DNA of 64,000 nucleotides from Bugula neritina (Eukaryota; Animalia; Bryozoa). Location of the stretch: positions 9,009,929 through 9,073,928 of the forward strand of contig OZ037769.1 of NCBI GenBank assembly GCA_964035545.1. Direction: 5' to 3'. The position numbers were made by a program, and so were the translations under genes. The notes below the pieces were generated by a model. That model made no database searches and was not told the DNA's origin. It was given only the letters and a program-made list of their open reading frames with translations. Position 1 is the first letter of the stretch. The number at the start of each line of letters is the position of its first letter. Of this stretch, positions 14,401 through 28,596 are shown in pieces.

Positions 14401-14960
14401 TGTATAGAAATATACCTAAAATATATCAGTTAACTTATTATAATGCAATGTCAGTTATATTTTGTCTGCAAATAATGGCCAGACTGTTAGAAAACTAATG
14501 TCTCCAGTTAAAGTTAGTTACAGAGGTCATTGATAGAGTCGTATTTCAGTGTTTTATCAGCGCATGTAGAGAACAATAGAAAGTGTATTCTTTCTCCTCT
14601 GGTATTTGGTTTAGCTTTAACAGTCCTGGAAAAATTAAAAAGTAGAATTACAATACGAGTATGAATATAGCACCAATTATTATATTGTGTATAAAAAAAT
14701 AATGTTACCAGCTAAAGTTTAGATGTTTCTAGAAAGTTCTCGAAGTGTTGTGTGCAGTTTAACATCTGAGAGCTGATTGGGTTTTGATTAAAAGGTAACT
14801 GACGATTTTCACTTTTACTATAACTTTTTTTAAAGGAGGCAGTAACACGATGTTGTTTTGGCGTAATTATAAATTTGGTATTAGTTACTCATATTTCGGT
14901 CCCACCACAATTTTCATAATTTTCTGAGTAAAGCTACGTAATGCTAGAAACACTACTCAC

Positions 14961-17900
14961 GGCTGTCTGAATGTCTGAAACTCAACCGCTGAGTATTCTG
15001 TCTCGTGAACAACCAGTCTCTCTCTCAGTTTGTCTCTTAGTTTATCAGGAACTTCCTTAGTGACTACAGAGAAGGTCTTGTCAGTTGGCCAATAGACTGT
15101 CAGCTCATTATTCTTACACATATACCAAAGTTGTATCTCAGAAGACATGTTGCAGTCTAAACAAAATGTAAAATCATAAAAGTTCAGTTTTTGGTGTTGA
15201 TTGCATAATTTGAAATAAAAGGTTTGAGTTCTATAGACCTACCATTAGCACAAACAAGTTGAAGTTTTCTGCTTGGGCGACGCAAAGCCGGTGTCAACAG
15301 AATTCTGTTGAATGCGTTTCCCACAAGACGACAAGAAACATCATATCTACTCACAAACATCAGTCTTCTTACTATTGGCGACTCTGTATATAAACATAAA
15401 CAAAGTATACAACATAGAATATACAATATAGAATAGTTGTCTATAGTGCAAATAGATAGCCTTTTACTATGCTGTGAATAATTCTGGGTCATAGCTCTGA
15501 TGTCACATCCTAATTTCTGCTGTTCACGCTATGAATGATGAACGCATATCGCTCTGTAGCAATTTTTTAAATAATAATAATTACACGTCATTACCCCTAA
15601 CTGCAGTACCATAACACCCTCTATTTTAGAAAACATCTAAAACTGTTGCCTTTAGGCTGTCCTCTTCTCAGATATGTTTGTTTGATTTAGCTGTGAACAA
15701 GCAACTTAATATGAAAGTTAAGAAAAAGAATTTTTACTGAAGTCTATTAAAAGTATATGACTCACTCAAAACATTGATATTGTAGACAGAACACTGTTTG
15801 AGAAACTTGTGACTTCCTTCAGAAAGATATGCTGCATAGGAACACCCTGGTAGGGTTTATGTAGTTGTGTTATGTCCTGGATCCAAGTATACAGTCGTGT
15901 GATGTGACCAACAAACATCTGAAATCATTTGTGAAATGAAACATAAATATTTACTCATAAATTAGTCATTGAATAAACTCACTTAGATCAGTTACAGCAG
16001 AATAGCATATAAAACCATTTATAATGTAGTAGTGATGTTGCAGGTGATGCAATATGCAGACATATAAATGAAGCTCTGTTAGATTCAAAATTAATTAGTA
16101 TAGTATTTGATCTAGCTGATATCACCTAAAAATATTGACATATTAAGTTATAAAATCCCAATTAAATCCAGGATTGCATATTATCTTTGTCAGTAAATTG
16201 TCTGCCAAACGTTGGAGTTGTCTCCAACTTCTCTGGTTGTCAGCAATGTCAGCACAATATTCTCAGTAAAAAGATATACTTACCAGTCACCTTGTAGATA
16301 CCATCTGCGGCTCCAACATACACAGCCTCTCCTACTTTCAGTACAGACCTTGACCAGGCTGGTAATTGGGAGCTGTTTGTACAGGATGTCTCTCCATCAA
16401 AACACACAGGACCTACTTCTTTACTATTAAAGTCTAATAGTCTGAATACATTATTAGACGCATCAGCAACAAGATACGTGTTGTTCCCAACTCTTGTTAT
16501 TCCTGAAGGATAATTAAACCTGGATGTATTGAAACTTCCATCAACATAACCACCAAATGTTGAACCTGTTACCTTAATGTTCTCAACAGATTCATTCTTA
16601 TCCCAACTGACTTGAGATATATAATGTTGATTGCTTACTAGTAACTTGTTGTCAGCCCAAGCTATATATGTAGGGTAATTGAAACCTGAGTTAATAACAG
16701 TACTCATTTCTCCCGTCTGAAGGTCTACAGATCTCAGTGCATGGTTATATTGATCAGTAACTAACAATTTGTTTGGATTTCGAGCATCTATCAGAATACT
16801 ATGAGGGTAGTTTAGTCTACCAGTACCTACTCCACCCTCAACATACCCTGGCATATCACAGGTCACTGCTAAGGTAAACATGCTGCCATCTACTCTGTTT
16901 AACATCTTAATACAATGATGGGAATAAGCTGCTACAGCTACATTAGTTTCGTTTATTTGTTTGAACCCTTTAAAGGCACTATATAGAGTAGTTGCCAGAG
17001 TTGTAGTAGTTTTCCCATCTGTAGTTTGAAGGTTTTCCCAGCTACTAAACATAATACTCCCATCATCTCTGTACAGGTCTAGCTCCATATAGAATACGGC
17101 ATTATCAGTGTTATGAAAAAGTTCCGATTTGTTGAGTGAAGCACTAAAAAATTGACCAAAACTGTTTTAAAAACTAATAAATATTCAATCATTTGATTAG
17201 AACTGAGAGAATAGTATAATCAAACTAAATTCCTGCAGGAAATTTAGTTTTTACTTGTATGGCTTTGTTGTCATTTGTATACATATTTTACTATTTTCCA
17301 GCAGCACTGCTGCGACACATGTCACTATATTAAATTTAGTGAAATAAAAATTGTCACATCAACCCAAAATACTGTATTTTGATACCTGAGTAATTCTACC
17401 TGGTAGAACAGTTTATATTTTTATGAATTTGTAATCCACATCTGAATTTAGTTTTCAAACCTCTAATCAACAATGCTAGTAGTAATATACATTTTATACA
17501 GAATTATAGAGTATTTTTTCTCTACTGTTATTATTGCATGTTCATGTAATAATATATCTTTACTCAATCTACATAATATTCAACATTTACTGACTATATA
17601 ACACAAATACTGTAATAGATGAATAATTGCATTATACAGTACACATTCTTACTGTATAATAAAAGTTACCTTGGATAAGGACCAGACGTACTTTCTACCA
17701 GCTGGATGATTAGTATCAGAAATAAACTCTGAAACATAAAATATACACATTATTATACTGTGCAGTTAGATTCAATGCGATTTTAAAGTAAATACTTTTT
17801 AATATATAATTGATTATGTTGACTATTAGTGTGAGTGATTAGATTATCTAGTAGAAGTATAATTCTAGTATTTCTTGCTGGAAACTGCTTGCTCAATTAA

Positions 17901-19024
17901 ATAGTTGTCATTCATAAAACTAGTATTTAATTAAAATGCTTAAAAGTGACTTTTTATATTGTCTGTTTCATTTAGGATAAAAAGCTAATATGTTTGCATT
18001 TCTATAAAATTTGAATTTACAAAAATTCATGCTGAATCCAAAAATAAGCTCAAAAGTTATGTTGGCAGTCAGCAGCCATTAAAGTTATACGCCACTGCAC
18101 AATAACTAAATGCTAAATATGAACATTTTGCTAGAGAAATATAAATATGCATACTAATATTCTACATTTAAACACAACGTTCCGTATATTAGTTTGTTTT
18201 ATCCAGCCTAGTTTAGCATAAAATTTGGTATGTTGCAATGTGTTGTGACCGTTAAATAGTGGCATCACATTAGAAACAACAACCTACAGTAACTTACAGG
18301 TTTAGATAGATATCAAGCAGCATGAGATTATTATGCTGAACTTGGTTAAATGATGATACATACAATAATATGTTAGATGCTGCCTTAAGTTTAATTGCAG
18401 CTGCCAGTACATATATGCTGCATACCTTACCCAGTTTCCCTATAATACATTATTATTGACACTAAATTATCAATATTATTATTATAAATATATCATATAT
18501 TTTATGTTTTCATAGTTAATAACCCAGTTGAAAACTTGTAACACACCTGGTTTTTTCAAGAACTGTTAAAGTTGTCTTTCAAAATTAGTGCAGTGCAAGA
18601 ACATTCTATTTACACTATAATGTTCTTGGATGCAGTAAAATATTGCTGAGTAAGTTACAGAAAAAAATTAACCTTCGCTTTACAGTAACACTTAGACAAC
18701 ATTCTGGCAAAAATAATCTAAGTTGGAAAATCTAATCTGATGGAAGAAAACCATTATTAATTTTAAAAAAGAGGGAGACTGTAAGTGTGCAAAAACGTTC
18801 TTTATAAAATTTGTTATAAAGAAACACAATTTATCAAAATGATGTTTAGAATACAGGCAGATGACACTTAAGACAATAAAGATTACTGTGAGTTTATCTA
18901 AGGTAGAACAACAATTAGTAATGTATAGCTTTCTATCTCTATATTATATATTAATATAATGTGGATAATAAGTTATGTTATGTATTCAGATACTCACAAT
19001 AAAGCATAAATACTGTCCCATCAT
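14961..19024 (-). CDS. Spliced secreted NHL-repeat (beta-propeller) protein gene, probably truncated or pseudogenised downstream; exons 19024-18998, 17728-17670, 17143-16284, 15918-15766, 15156-14961
   Basis: GT-AG junctions join in phase to give the signal peptide MMGQYLCFI|SLFLILIIQLVESTS, followed by NHL motifs GYVEG...RLNYPHSI and GYVDG...RFNYPSGI..YLVADASNNVFRLLD. The 153-nt exon 15918-15766 contains an in-frame TAA. Confidence 0.75.
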
Positions 19025-19230
19025 CTCCTTCAGTTATTTCTGTTGATTCCACTCAATGTCAAAATAAGGAGGATATGTTTCTCTATATACTTTCAATATA
19101 TGATAAGTTTGAGCTAGAAACCAGTTGGGTCCCAAATTACTAAAATCAAGGCATTATAAATGTGACAAAGACAAACAAAACAGATGTATCAAAGGTAGGT
19201 AATATGACCCCAATATCTAATTACGATTTA

Positions 19231-19574
19231 GCCTAGGGCCACACGGTGCGTATTTTTGCATGCGAAAATTGAAATCACAAGTAGCAAAGGTGTCCACTGT
19301 GCGCGTTGAGAAAACATTCGCACTTGTCGCTCTGGATTTTCAACGCAAGTGCGAATCGTCTCTGTCGTCGTCACCTAATTGGCTGGTAGTTATTCAGCGA
19401 GCCCAATTTCTTTGTTTTAGAGCTACATTCCAGTAAATTGCGTTTTATTGAAAGCGAGTGCGATTTAAAAATGAATGCTTTATTTATCACGCATCACTGA
19501 CGCTACAGTGGACACCTTTGCTACTTGTGATTTCAATTTTCGCATGCGAAAATACGCACCGTGTGGCCCTAGGC
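19231..19574. mobile_element. PIF/Harbinger (Tourist-like) MITE, 344 bp
   Basis: 70-bp near-perfect TIRs (19231-19300 and 19505-19574, GCCTAGGGCCACACGG...), flanked by TTA on both sides. Confidence 0.85.
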
Positions 19575-19877
19575 TTAGTTGAATGTCTGTTGGCTGTCTG
19601 CAGCATGTCAAGTATTCCTGGTTTGGTAATGATGTGACATCTGGAAGTAAATATTTAAATGGGCACAAATTTATTTATTGATTTTATTTATTTTACTAGT
19701 TGGTTACAGGTTAGCTAAATTTAGATGCTGTTACTATTTTAGGTAAAAATAAGAACTAAGCTACAACCTCTGATGCCAAGTATATGTTATGTAGAAAGTG
19801 AGAAAGGAATTTGTGTTGTGATTGAATTACATACACTGATAGAAGACAGACTCTCTGTCAGATTTCTGGATATAAAA

Positions 19878-20832
19878 GTAATCACCATACAGTGTAATGT
19901 AATCAGGGGAGATAATGTGAAAGAGTAATCACTACACAGTGTAATGTAATCAGGGAGATAATGTGAAAGAGTAATCACTATACAGTGTAATGTAATCAGG
20001 GGAGATAATGTGAAAGAGTAATCACTATACAGTGTAATGTAATCAGGGAGATAATGTGAAAGAGTAATCACTATATACAGTGTAATGTAATCAGGGAGAT
20101 AATGTGAAAGAGTAATCACTATACGGTGTAATGTAATCAGGGAGATAATGTGAAAGAGTAATCACTATACGGTGTAATGTAATCAGGGAGATAATGTGAA
20201 AGAGTAATCACTATACGGTGTAATGTAATCAGGGGAGATAATGTGAAAGAATAGTCACTATACAGTGTAATGTAATCAGGGAGATAATGTGAAAGAGTAA
20301 TCACTATATACAGTGTAATGTAATCAGGGGAGATAATGTGAAAGATTAACCACTATACAGTGTAATGTAATCAGGGAGATAATGTGAAAGAATAACCACT
20401 ATACAGTGTAATGTAATCAGGGAGATAATGTGAAAGAGTAATCACTATACAGTGTAATGTAATCAGGGGAGATAATGTGAAAAACTAATCAACATATATA
20501 GTATAATGTAATCAGGGAGATAATGTGAAAGAGTAGGCACTATACAATGTAATATAATCAGGGGAGATAATGTGAAAGAGTAGTCACTATACAGTGTAAT
20601 GTAATCAGGGGAGATAATGTGAAAGAATAGTCACTATACAGTGTAATGTAATCAGGGGAGATAATGTGAAAGAGTAATCACTATACAGTGTAATGTAATC
20701 AGGGGAGATAATGTGAAAGAGTAATCACTATACAGTGTAATGTAATCAGGGAGATAATGTGAAAGAGTAATCACTATACAGTGTAATGTAATCAGGGAGA
20801 TAATGTGAAAGAGTAATCACTATACAGTGTAA
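19878..20832. repeat. 46-48 bp minisatellite GTAATCACTATACAGTGTAATGTAATCAGGGAGATAATGTGAAAGA, about 20 copies
   Basis: Head-to-tail units with no unique spacers (e.g. 19925 and 19971). Confidence 0.97.
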
Positions 20833-23774
20833 GAGTTTCAACCTTACTAAAAGTATGTTATTCTTTCCATTTTCTCCTACTTTGTATCCAAAGTTATGCA
20901 ATCTTACAAGGATGTTTCTACAGTTTATACAGTTTGTAATTTTGATAACAATATATGCTGAATACTATTCACAGGAATGACTGCTTCGAAACTTAATTTA
21001 ATCAAAGAACTTGGATTATCACTGTGTATATATACTGTTTCAATTATTAAGGTGAAGGTGTCAAATATTTATTCAATCATGAACAGGTGTAAATAATTTG
21101 ATTCAATTTAAATCTAAAACATTTCGATAATTATCAGAATGTGTCACAGCTGAGACTTGTTAGAAGAACACGCTACAATATTTTAATAGAAATATACTGT
21201 GTATAACAACTACAATAATATGTTATTCAAAGTTCTTTAGCTATTTGTTAAGTTATATAGTCTCTTATGTATATAATATGGCTATGTGTGTGCAATATGT
21301 TGTATAATGGAATTTAATGTGGTAAGAAAGTTTCTGATCAAAAGATAACATAAATATTGTCTACTGTATCTGAAATATCTGCAGTAAACCAGTTCAAACA
21401 GGATTCATGTCATGTGACAGACATAGCCTGTGCTCTATCGTCTTATCAAAGAAAATTATTCAGTCCGTAGGCTTCATTTTTATGTTTTTCTCAGACTCTT
21501 TATTGGTTTTGATGATAGAAACCAATAGTATATTGTGCTGCAAGTTCTAATAAAATAGAAAATGCAAACCTTCAAATTTTGTTTTTGTATTACTCAAAAA
21601 CAATCGGTAATTTGAGTTCGTCATATTGTTTAAATTTCTGTCATACAGAATAACATTGTTGTGTTATGTATTATGTAAGCCATTAACTGTTAAAGCAAGG
21701 CTAAGTCTCTTTCTAATGTCTTCAGCACCAACACCTAAGCCTAATTTTCTACCAAGTTTCTCAACTCTCCAAAGATAATCTCTTTCATCTTTATCACAAA
21801 CTTGTAACACAGTTACAAACCTCAGATGTTTTAAAATAGAAGTTATCAGCTGGATATCATGATGACCTCTAACTACGTCTAATATGCTTGCTCATAACCT
21901 GCATTATAATTGTTTCTTAAATCAAAACCAGGTAATTGTGGTGCAGCCCTACCATCACAGCCAATTGCACTCAAAAAAGCTAATATAGCTTAGTTATACC
22001 TTTGAATTTGTCTACTATCTGACACACCATCTGTACTTTTTTTACCTAAATTCAATGAAGTAAATTTCACTGTAATCTCAATTTGAGCTAACCAAGCATT
22101 CCAAGATTCTGTTATATCACTATTAGATACTGTTTATTTGGAGCTTTAGAAAAAAATTAAATCCATTATTTGTATTCAAAGTACTAGGATTATTACCACT
22201 TGAATATCTTTTAAACTGAATGACTTGTATGGCACAATAAGCAACTACTATATAATTTATTATCAAATATTGCAGATGATACTACCTTAGCAGTTACTTT
22301 TGTAATACACCTCTCTGCTACTCTACTATTGATCACAAACACTGTAAATCACTAACAGTAACACTCTCAATGACACTTCAACTCACTTTCCAGCCAAAAT
22401 TGATTCATTAACACAAACACTGAATCGCAAACACTGCTCTGTCCACAATGTCCAGCACTAACACAGCAAATATCTACAATTATCACTGTCACAGGTAATA
22501 ACTGTGAATTACCAACACTACTGCTGTCACAGTCAAAAACCATGAATCACTATATAATCACTATCACTGCCACTACCTGTGAATCATGAGCGCTTCGCTA
22601 GCTGCACTGCACTACACTAAACTGTACTTTATACTAAACTGCACTACACTGCACTTGTACGTATTACACTGCCTCAGTGGCAAGTGTATTAGCACTCAAA
22701 ATACTTCTCTAAATACTAGCAATTGTAAAACCACTTCTAGCGAATAATAAATTAAAAATGCTTATCTATGTTTTATAGATGTGTAATAGATATAAAGGAT
22801 AGAAAGAATTGTGTTATGTATTATGTATAAGTTACTCACCAACTAGTGAAGTTCTAAGTGGTCATTAGCTTATGGTTATCTACATTCTAGGCTGGTTATA
22901 GCCATAAAACTTAATAGATATATGGATATATATATGCAGTGTATCTACTACCCTATACAACTATATTAGCCGTGGAGAACTTCCGGTCAATAAGTGGTAA
23001 TGGTCCTCTTATTGGATAATATTAAAATGATAGCCAACCCACCCAGAGGCAATATCACAACAAGTAAATGATTGGCTGTAGTTAACAATCCAACTGAATT
23101 TGATTGGTCAGATAACAATCATAACAACTAAAACAAGTGGTGGATACAGTTAGGGGTGATACTATTAATGCTGCTTCTAGAAGCAATTCGTGTTCTAAAA
23201 CAATTTTTTTCATCTAAAATATCAAGAGCTGTGAATAACAATAGTTGAATATTTTGTTTTTGATAGAAAAATCCTAACAAATGCCATTCTGACAGTTTGA
23301 TTTAAATCCTCTCCTTTCAGAATTTGGTCTAAGGAAGAGCTTTTACCATTGTAGCTATTACACAAGAATTTAGTTTTATAAATAAACTAAAAAAAAATTG
23401 TCTTCTCACTATATAAAAATATTATAAATCTATCATCTTCAATATTCATATAGTGTAGTTGTCTTCTCACACTACATAAGCTGTTATATAATATGTATTA
23501 CTTACATGATTCAAACACTGTTGCAAAGCATTATTATTTTAGCACTTTGATTTGTTCATAAACTATTATGAAATCACAAGCTATTGCATAAATAATATAG
23601 TAGATGCAGTTGTGAGAAAATATTAAAAATGTAGAGAAATAATTTGCAAAATATCAATATAAATGTTAACTAACCCAGCTTAACAATTTTTCCAGCCCGG
23701 GACTTTGCCTATTAATTGCTGCTTCAGATTGAATTTGTGCTGATAATACAACGTGTCCGCTTGTAGGAAAAAAT

Positions 23775-23913
23775 TGAAATAGACCTGCAAGGTTCTTATT
23801 GGGTTTGTATACAAACCCAATAAGAATCTTGCAGGTCTATTTCAGATTTTTTTGATAAAAATAAAATTGTCCGATAAGCTGTCAAAAGTGTGCTATACTT
23901 TTGACAGCTTATC
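23775..23913. repeat. Two adjacent hairpins: 70-bp near-perfect palindrome (23775-23844) and 17-bp stem (23873-23913)
   Basis: TGAAATAGACCTGCAAG...GTTTGTATACAAAC...CTTGCAGGTCTATTTCA; GATAAGCTGTCAAAAGT-7nt-ACTTTTGACAGCTTATC. Confidence 0.9.
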
Positions 23914-23954
23914 TATATGTGTATATATACACATATTATTGATGCATGCATATT

Positions 23955-23962
23955 ATACATAC

Positions 23963-24031
<69 letters not shown>

Positions 24032-24061
24032 AATCTGTGGACAGCAGATTATATATATGTA

Positions 24062-24149
<88 letters not shown>

Positions 24150-24196
24150 CATATATATATACATATATATACATATATATATACATATATATATAC

Positions 24197-24271
<75 letters not shown>
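23955..24271. repeat. (TA)n microsatellite
   Basis: Direct reading. Confidence 0.98.
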
Positions 24272-24274
<3 letters not shown>

Positions 24275-24277
24275 AAT

Positions 24278-24322
24278 CTGTGGACAGCAGCTGTTTCGGG
24301 GTTTGTCCCCTCATCAGCACAG
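24278..24322 (-). ncRNA. Minimal type I hammerhead ribozyme (Penelope-like element type)
   Basis: Minus strand reads CUGUG-CUGAUGA-GGGG(ACAAA)CCCC-GAAA-CAG(CUG)CUG-UC-CACAG: complete catalytic core, stems I/II/III and a GUC cleavage triplet. Confidence 0.85.
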
Positions 24323-24424
24323 AACAGAGTACCATGGCCCACACCTTCGCAATAGTAGAAACTTATAGTTTTACTAAAGCATATTTAAAAGGTGTGTAAA
24401 CCCAAGCCAGAGTGCTCAAGTGAC

Positions 24425-24907
<483 letters not shown>

Positions 24908-25299
24908 CCAGTACATTGCATGTATTTACTCTTTTATTACTTCATTATATGCTTTTGTAGTTTCTCTTCCCAATTGAAAGGGGATTGTTATGTTACTTAA
25001 AGCGTTCAGTTGTAGCACGCAATATAATTTTCCTGAAATGTTGGACATATGTGAAAAAGAAATATTGCGCAACTGGTTTTTTATTACTCATTATCTTGTT
25101 TCAAAAAAGTCAATTTAAAGGTAATAAGTTGAAATCAAGGCAAAAATATGACTGATAAAATATCAACAGTTCCGGAAGATGAAAATTTTCACAGCAGCAA
25201 ATTTTTAAATGCATGAATATTATATCTTGATATTGAGGTTGGCATCAAACTAAAATTTAAACATTATCACCCTGCTATACTGATGCTTTTATTTGCTTT

Positions 25300-25495
25300 G
25301 GTTATGCTTTATAAAATGTTATTTGGAGTTATGCTCTACAATGTGCTATTTGGAGTTATGAACTATAATGTGCTATTTGGAGTTATGCTCTATTATTTGC
25401 TATTCGGAGTTATGCTCTACATGCCATTTGAGGTTATGCCTTATAGGCTATTCAGAGCTATGCTCTATATATAGCCATTTGGAGTTATGATTTAT
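25300..25495. repeat. Degenerate ~27-bp tandem repeat (GCTATTTGGAGTTATGCTCTA...)
   Basis: Direct reading. Confidence 0.8.
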
Positions 25496-26636
25496 ATATT
25501 ATTTGTTATACAATATTTTTAATGTAAACTTTCAGTTATGCTATACCTGACCATCATCAGTACTAACATGATTTATCTTTAACATTCACTATCATGCATG
25601 AGCTGTCATTACAAACTACTGCTATAATATGGTGAAACACCATCAACTATTAGTTTTTATGAGCCATTCTTTTGTAGATTGAAATGATCTATTTCAATCT
25701 ACAAGCTTCGTTGTTTTAACTGTTCCTGCTGTACTATTATCATGTGTCAAAACTGCGTCATAATTACATTTCGGAATTTCCCATTTCCAAGAGTTAACTC
25801 ACGATTCTAAATCTTTTTTGAGATGTTTTTATAACTAAACTTGATGTGAAAATACATATGAATTCAAATTACAGTTTAAATTTATTGAGTAAATTCTTCA
25901 AACACAAAAGCTAGAAAATAAGATTTATTCTATATAAGATTATACAATATGATTTAAAAGTATATTAAAAGTTAGCACTTTTGTTAAATGCATCAACAAA
26001 AAGTTGCTTAGAAAAAGATATTTATTATTAAGTTAAAACATGCAGCCATAGTTTGAAAAATTTCAACTTTTCAAAAACTTTAAAATGTTGTAAACAAAAG
26101 CACAAATACTGCTTATATTGAAAATCTTAAAAACATCTGCAACCATAAATTAAAGTATAAAAATAACATTTTAGTATAATTTATTTAATTCAACTAGAAA
26201 AAGATTCTGCCATGCCAAGTAATGCTTGTACGTGTGTTAATGGTCTTTCCTATCTAAAGATACAATTGAGTCACATGCATATGTAACTGTTTTATAGTGT
26301 CAAAACAGACACGTATAGCTACGCACTGAGTAGCGTCTTATCAGGATGATACTAATAGTAGTTGAATTCTTCATTGCCAGAAGTAGTAGCTGTGACCCCA
26401 GCTAGGGAGGCTACCGGGTGCTAGGCCTTGCCCAAAGGCCACCCGTGTTTTCTGTTAGGGTTTTCTCCCTTAGCCTTCAGCTATATTTATAACTTAATGC
26501 ACAAGGCAACGGGTGGTGCACTTGAAGATGACCATTTAGTGCCCTCCATCACTTTCTTTTACCAATTCAAACATATATATTACGCTATGCATAATTATAT
26601 TCATACGTTTTATTATATTATTACATTATAATGTTA

Positions 26637-27290
26637 TTATACTATATTGTAAAATAAATTTTTTTTTAATAATGGTAATTCAAAACGTTTTCTTGCTAAT
26701 TTCGCTTTTTCCAGTTGAACATCTGCATACTCTTCTCCGTGGATGGAGCGTTTGGTAAGGTCATATAAGGGTACTTTTCCTTCTTCAAATATTGAAAAAC
26801 ATTCAGCCTTACAGCTATGTTTAAACACCTCATCATAACCAGCTACTATATTTATATTGTATAGAGCTGCACACTTTGTCAACCACTCGGCACATGAGGT
26901 GATGCTGTAACGATTACCAGCACACGGAATATAATACGAGTATATGACGTACAAACGGTCCGATCTCAGCTTATGACCTTGCGATAACCACATCAGCTCC
27001 GTGTGAACTGTATCCCCATCTTTTACATCATGAACTAATAATCTAATGAACTGTTGTACAGATTTGTCACATTCAGAGAACTTTTTGTTAAAGAAAACTT
27101 CTGAATTACGTAATACAATTAGTTGACCATTATCACAGACCTCACATTCTCCAACCACCATTACTTGTTTCACGCCATGTCTTCTTTGTTGAACTCCAAA
27201 TTTTTTTAATATCTGTAATATGTTGACGATACTATTATGATGGAATAAGTTCCACTCATTAATTTGCTGCTTTAACGTTGCTACTTCCAT
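26637..27290 (-). CDS. Putative AID/APOBEC-like zinc-dependent cytidine deaminase (217 aa from MEVAT; ORF open to 27431)
   Basis: HTE motif (TVHTELMWL), then hydrophobic strand plus YSYYIPC, a second Cys (SCAEWL), and an IVAGYDEVF strand. This is the HxE...PC..C architecture of the AID/APOBEC fold. Intronless ORF. Confidence 0.6.
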   Translation of the reverse strand: MEVATLKQQINEWNLFHHNSIVNILQILKKFGVQQRRHGVKQVMVVGECEVCDNGQLIVLRNSEVFFNKKFSECDKSVQQFIRLLVHDVKDGDTVHTELMWLSQGHKLRSDRLYVIYSYYIPCAGNRYSITSCAEWLTKCAALYNINIVAGYDEVFKHSCKAECFSIFEEGKVPLYDLTKRSIHGEEYADVQLEKAKLARKRFELPLLKKNLFYNIV

Positions 27291-28596
27291 GATAGATGAA
27301 AGTAAATTACTATACCATTTGGTATAACTTAAGTATATATGTATAAACGAGTTACTATTCAAAATTTTGCTCAGGTTTTCCAAGCAGTATTGGGCCATCA
27401 TCACTAGAATATCATTATGGTGCAACTCCATGCCGTGGTTTAATTCATGTGTATTTTCTGAAGATAATTTCCCTTCTTGGGTTTTCCCCTAATGAACTGA
27501 GTTAGTGATTATAATTCACAGCAACTACCTGCACGTATGTGTGGAACTGTGTTCATCTCTTTTAACTATTAGAAGTCAAGTTGAATGTATCTTCATCAAC
27601 TTGATTATAAACTCTATTGGACCCATTGTATCTAATGTACTATACAGGGGTTAGAAGGCAATTCAACTTAATTAGCCAATCACATCAACATTGTTATACC
27701 TATAATTAGCTGTGAGGTAATGCTCTTTTTATTCCATGTTTCCATGACTCATTTGGAAAATTGATTTGTTCAATGAGTACAAGATACCATATAGCCTCAC
27801 ATGTAGGCCAGTATATTATGTTTATTTTTCTTATTTAAACAGCAAATAATGCAAACAATAGTTTCTAGCTAGTGCAGCAATATAATAGGAATATATTATA
27901 AGGAATTTTTTCTTTTTTCACTAGCCAGCAGCAAAGAAAGTTTGCTATTTCATCAATGAGTTATAGGATAACAGTTACCTCAGAAAGAAATTTATATATA
28001 TTAGCTAAAGAAAGGCAATTCCTGCTGCTCCCTGGTTTCAATCTGCCAGAAATCAGAAGGAAGGAATTGTGTTTTCATAGAAAGTGATTTATATTTCACA
28101 GCTGTAATTCTTTTGTTGTATTATCAATAAGTTTGAATAGCTACAAACAATAGCAGAGTGTGCTAATCTTTCTGATTTCTGTGAAACAGTTGTAAAGGTT
28201 AAAGTGAGCAACCAACATACAATTTTTCAACTACAGTGGGAAAGCTGATTTATTTCAGCCTAACTCTACTAACATGTGCAGCTGTAGAGATTAGTCTAGA
28301 CTCTAGAAGCTGATATACCAATGTACTGTTATATGAAAGTGTGTAGCATAGACTTGTTATTAATGGCACTGGTGCAACTATAAATCCTCATTAGTTGTGC
28401 AAAGATATTTTATCTAATCAAAATATTATAAAATTGTTACTATTTACAAATGTTTATTATTATTATAGTTATCAGCGCTATGCATATACCATAAATCTAA
28501 TTATTACTGTTCTTAAAGCACTAATGATTTTGTTATTAAAATACCATGATAGCGCATTTTTTGCTGTTATTATAACAAATTGTATAATTATTAGTA

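Noticed and set aside
19878-20832. Regular 46-bp array as a CRISPR
   Set aside because: No unique spacers, no cas genes, eukaryotic context: it is a minisatellite.
22975-23110. CCAAT/ETS motif cluster as a promoter
   Set aside because: No associated gene identified; short motifs are expected by chance.
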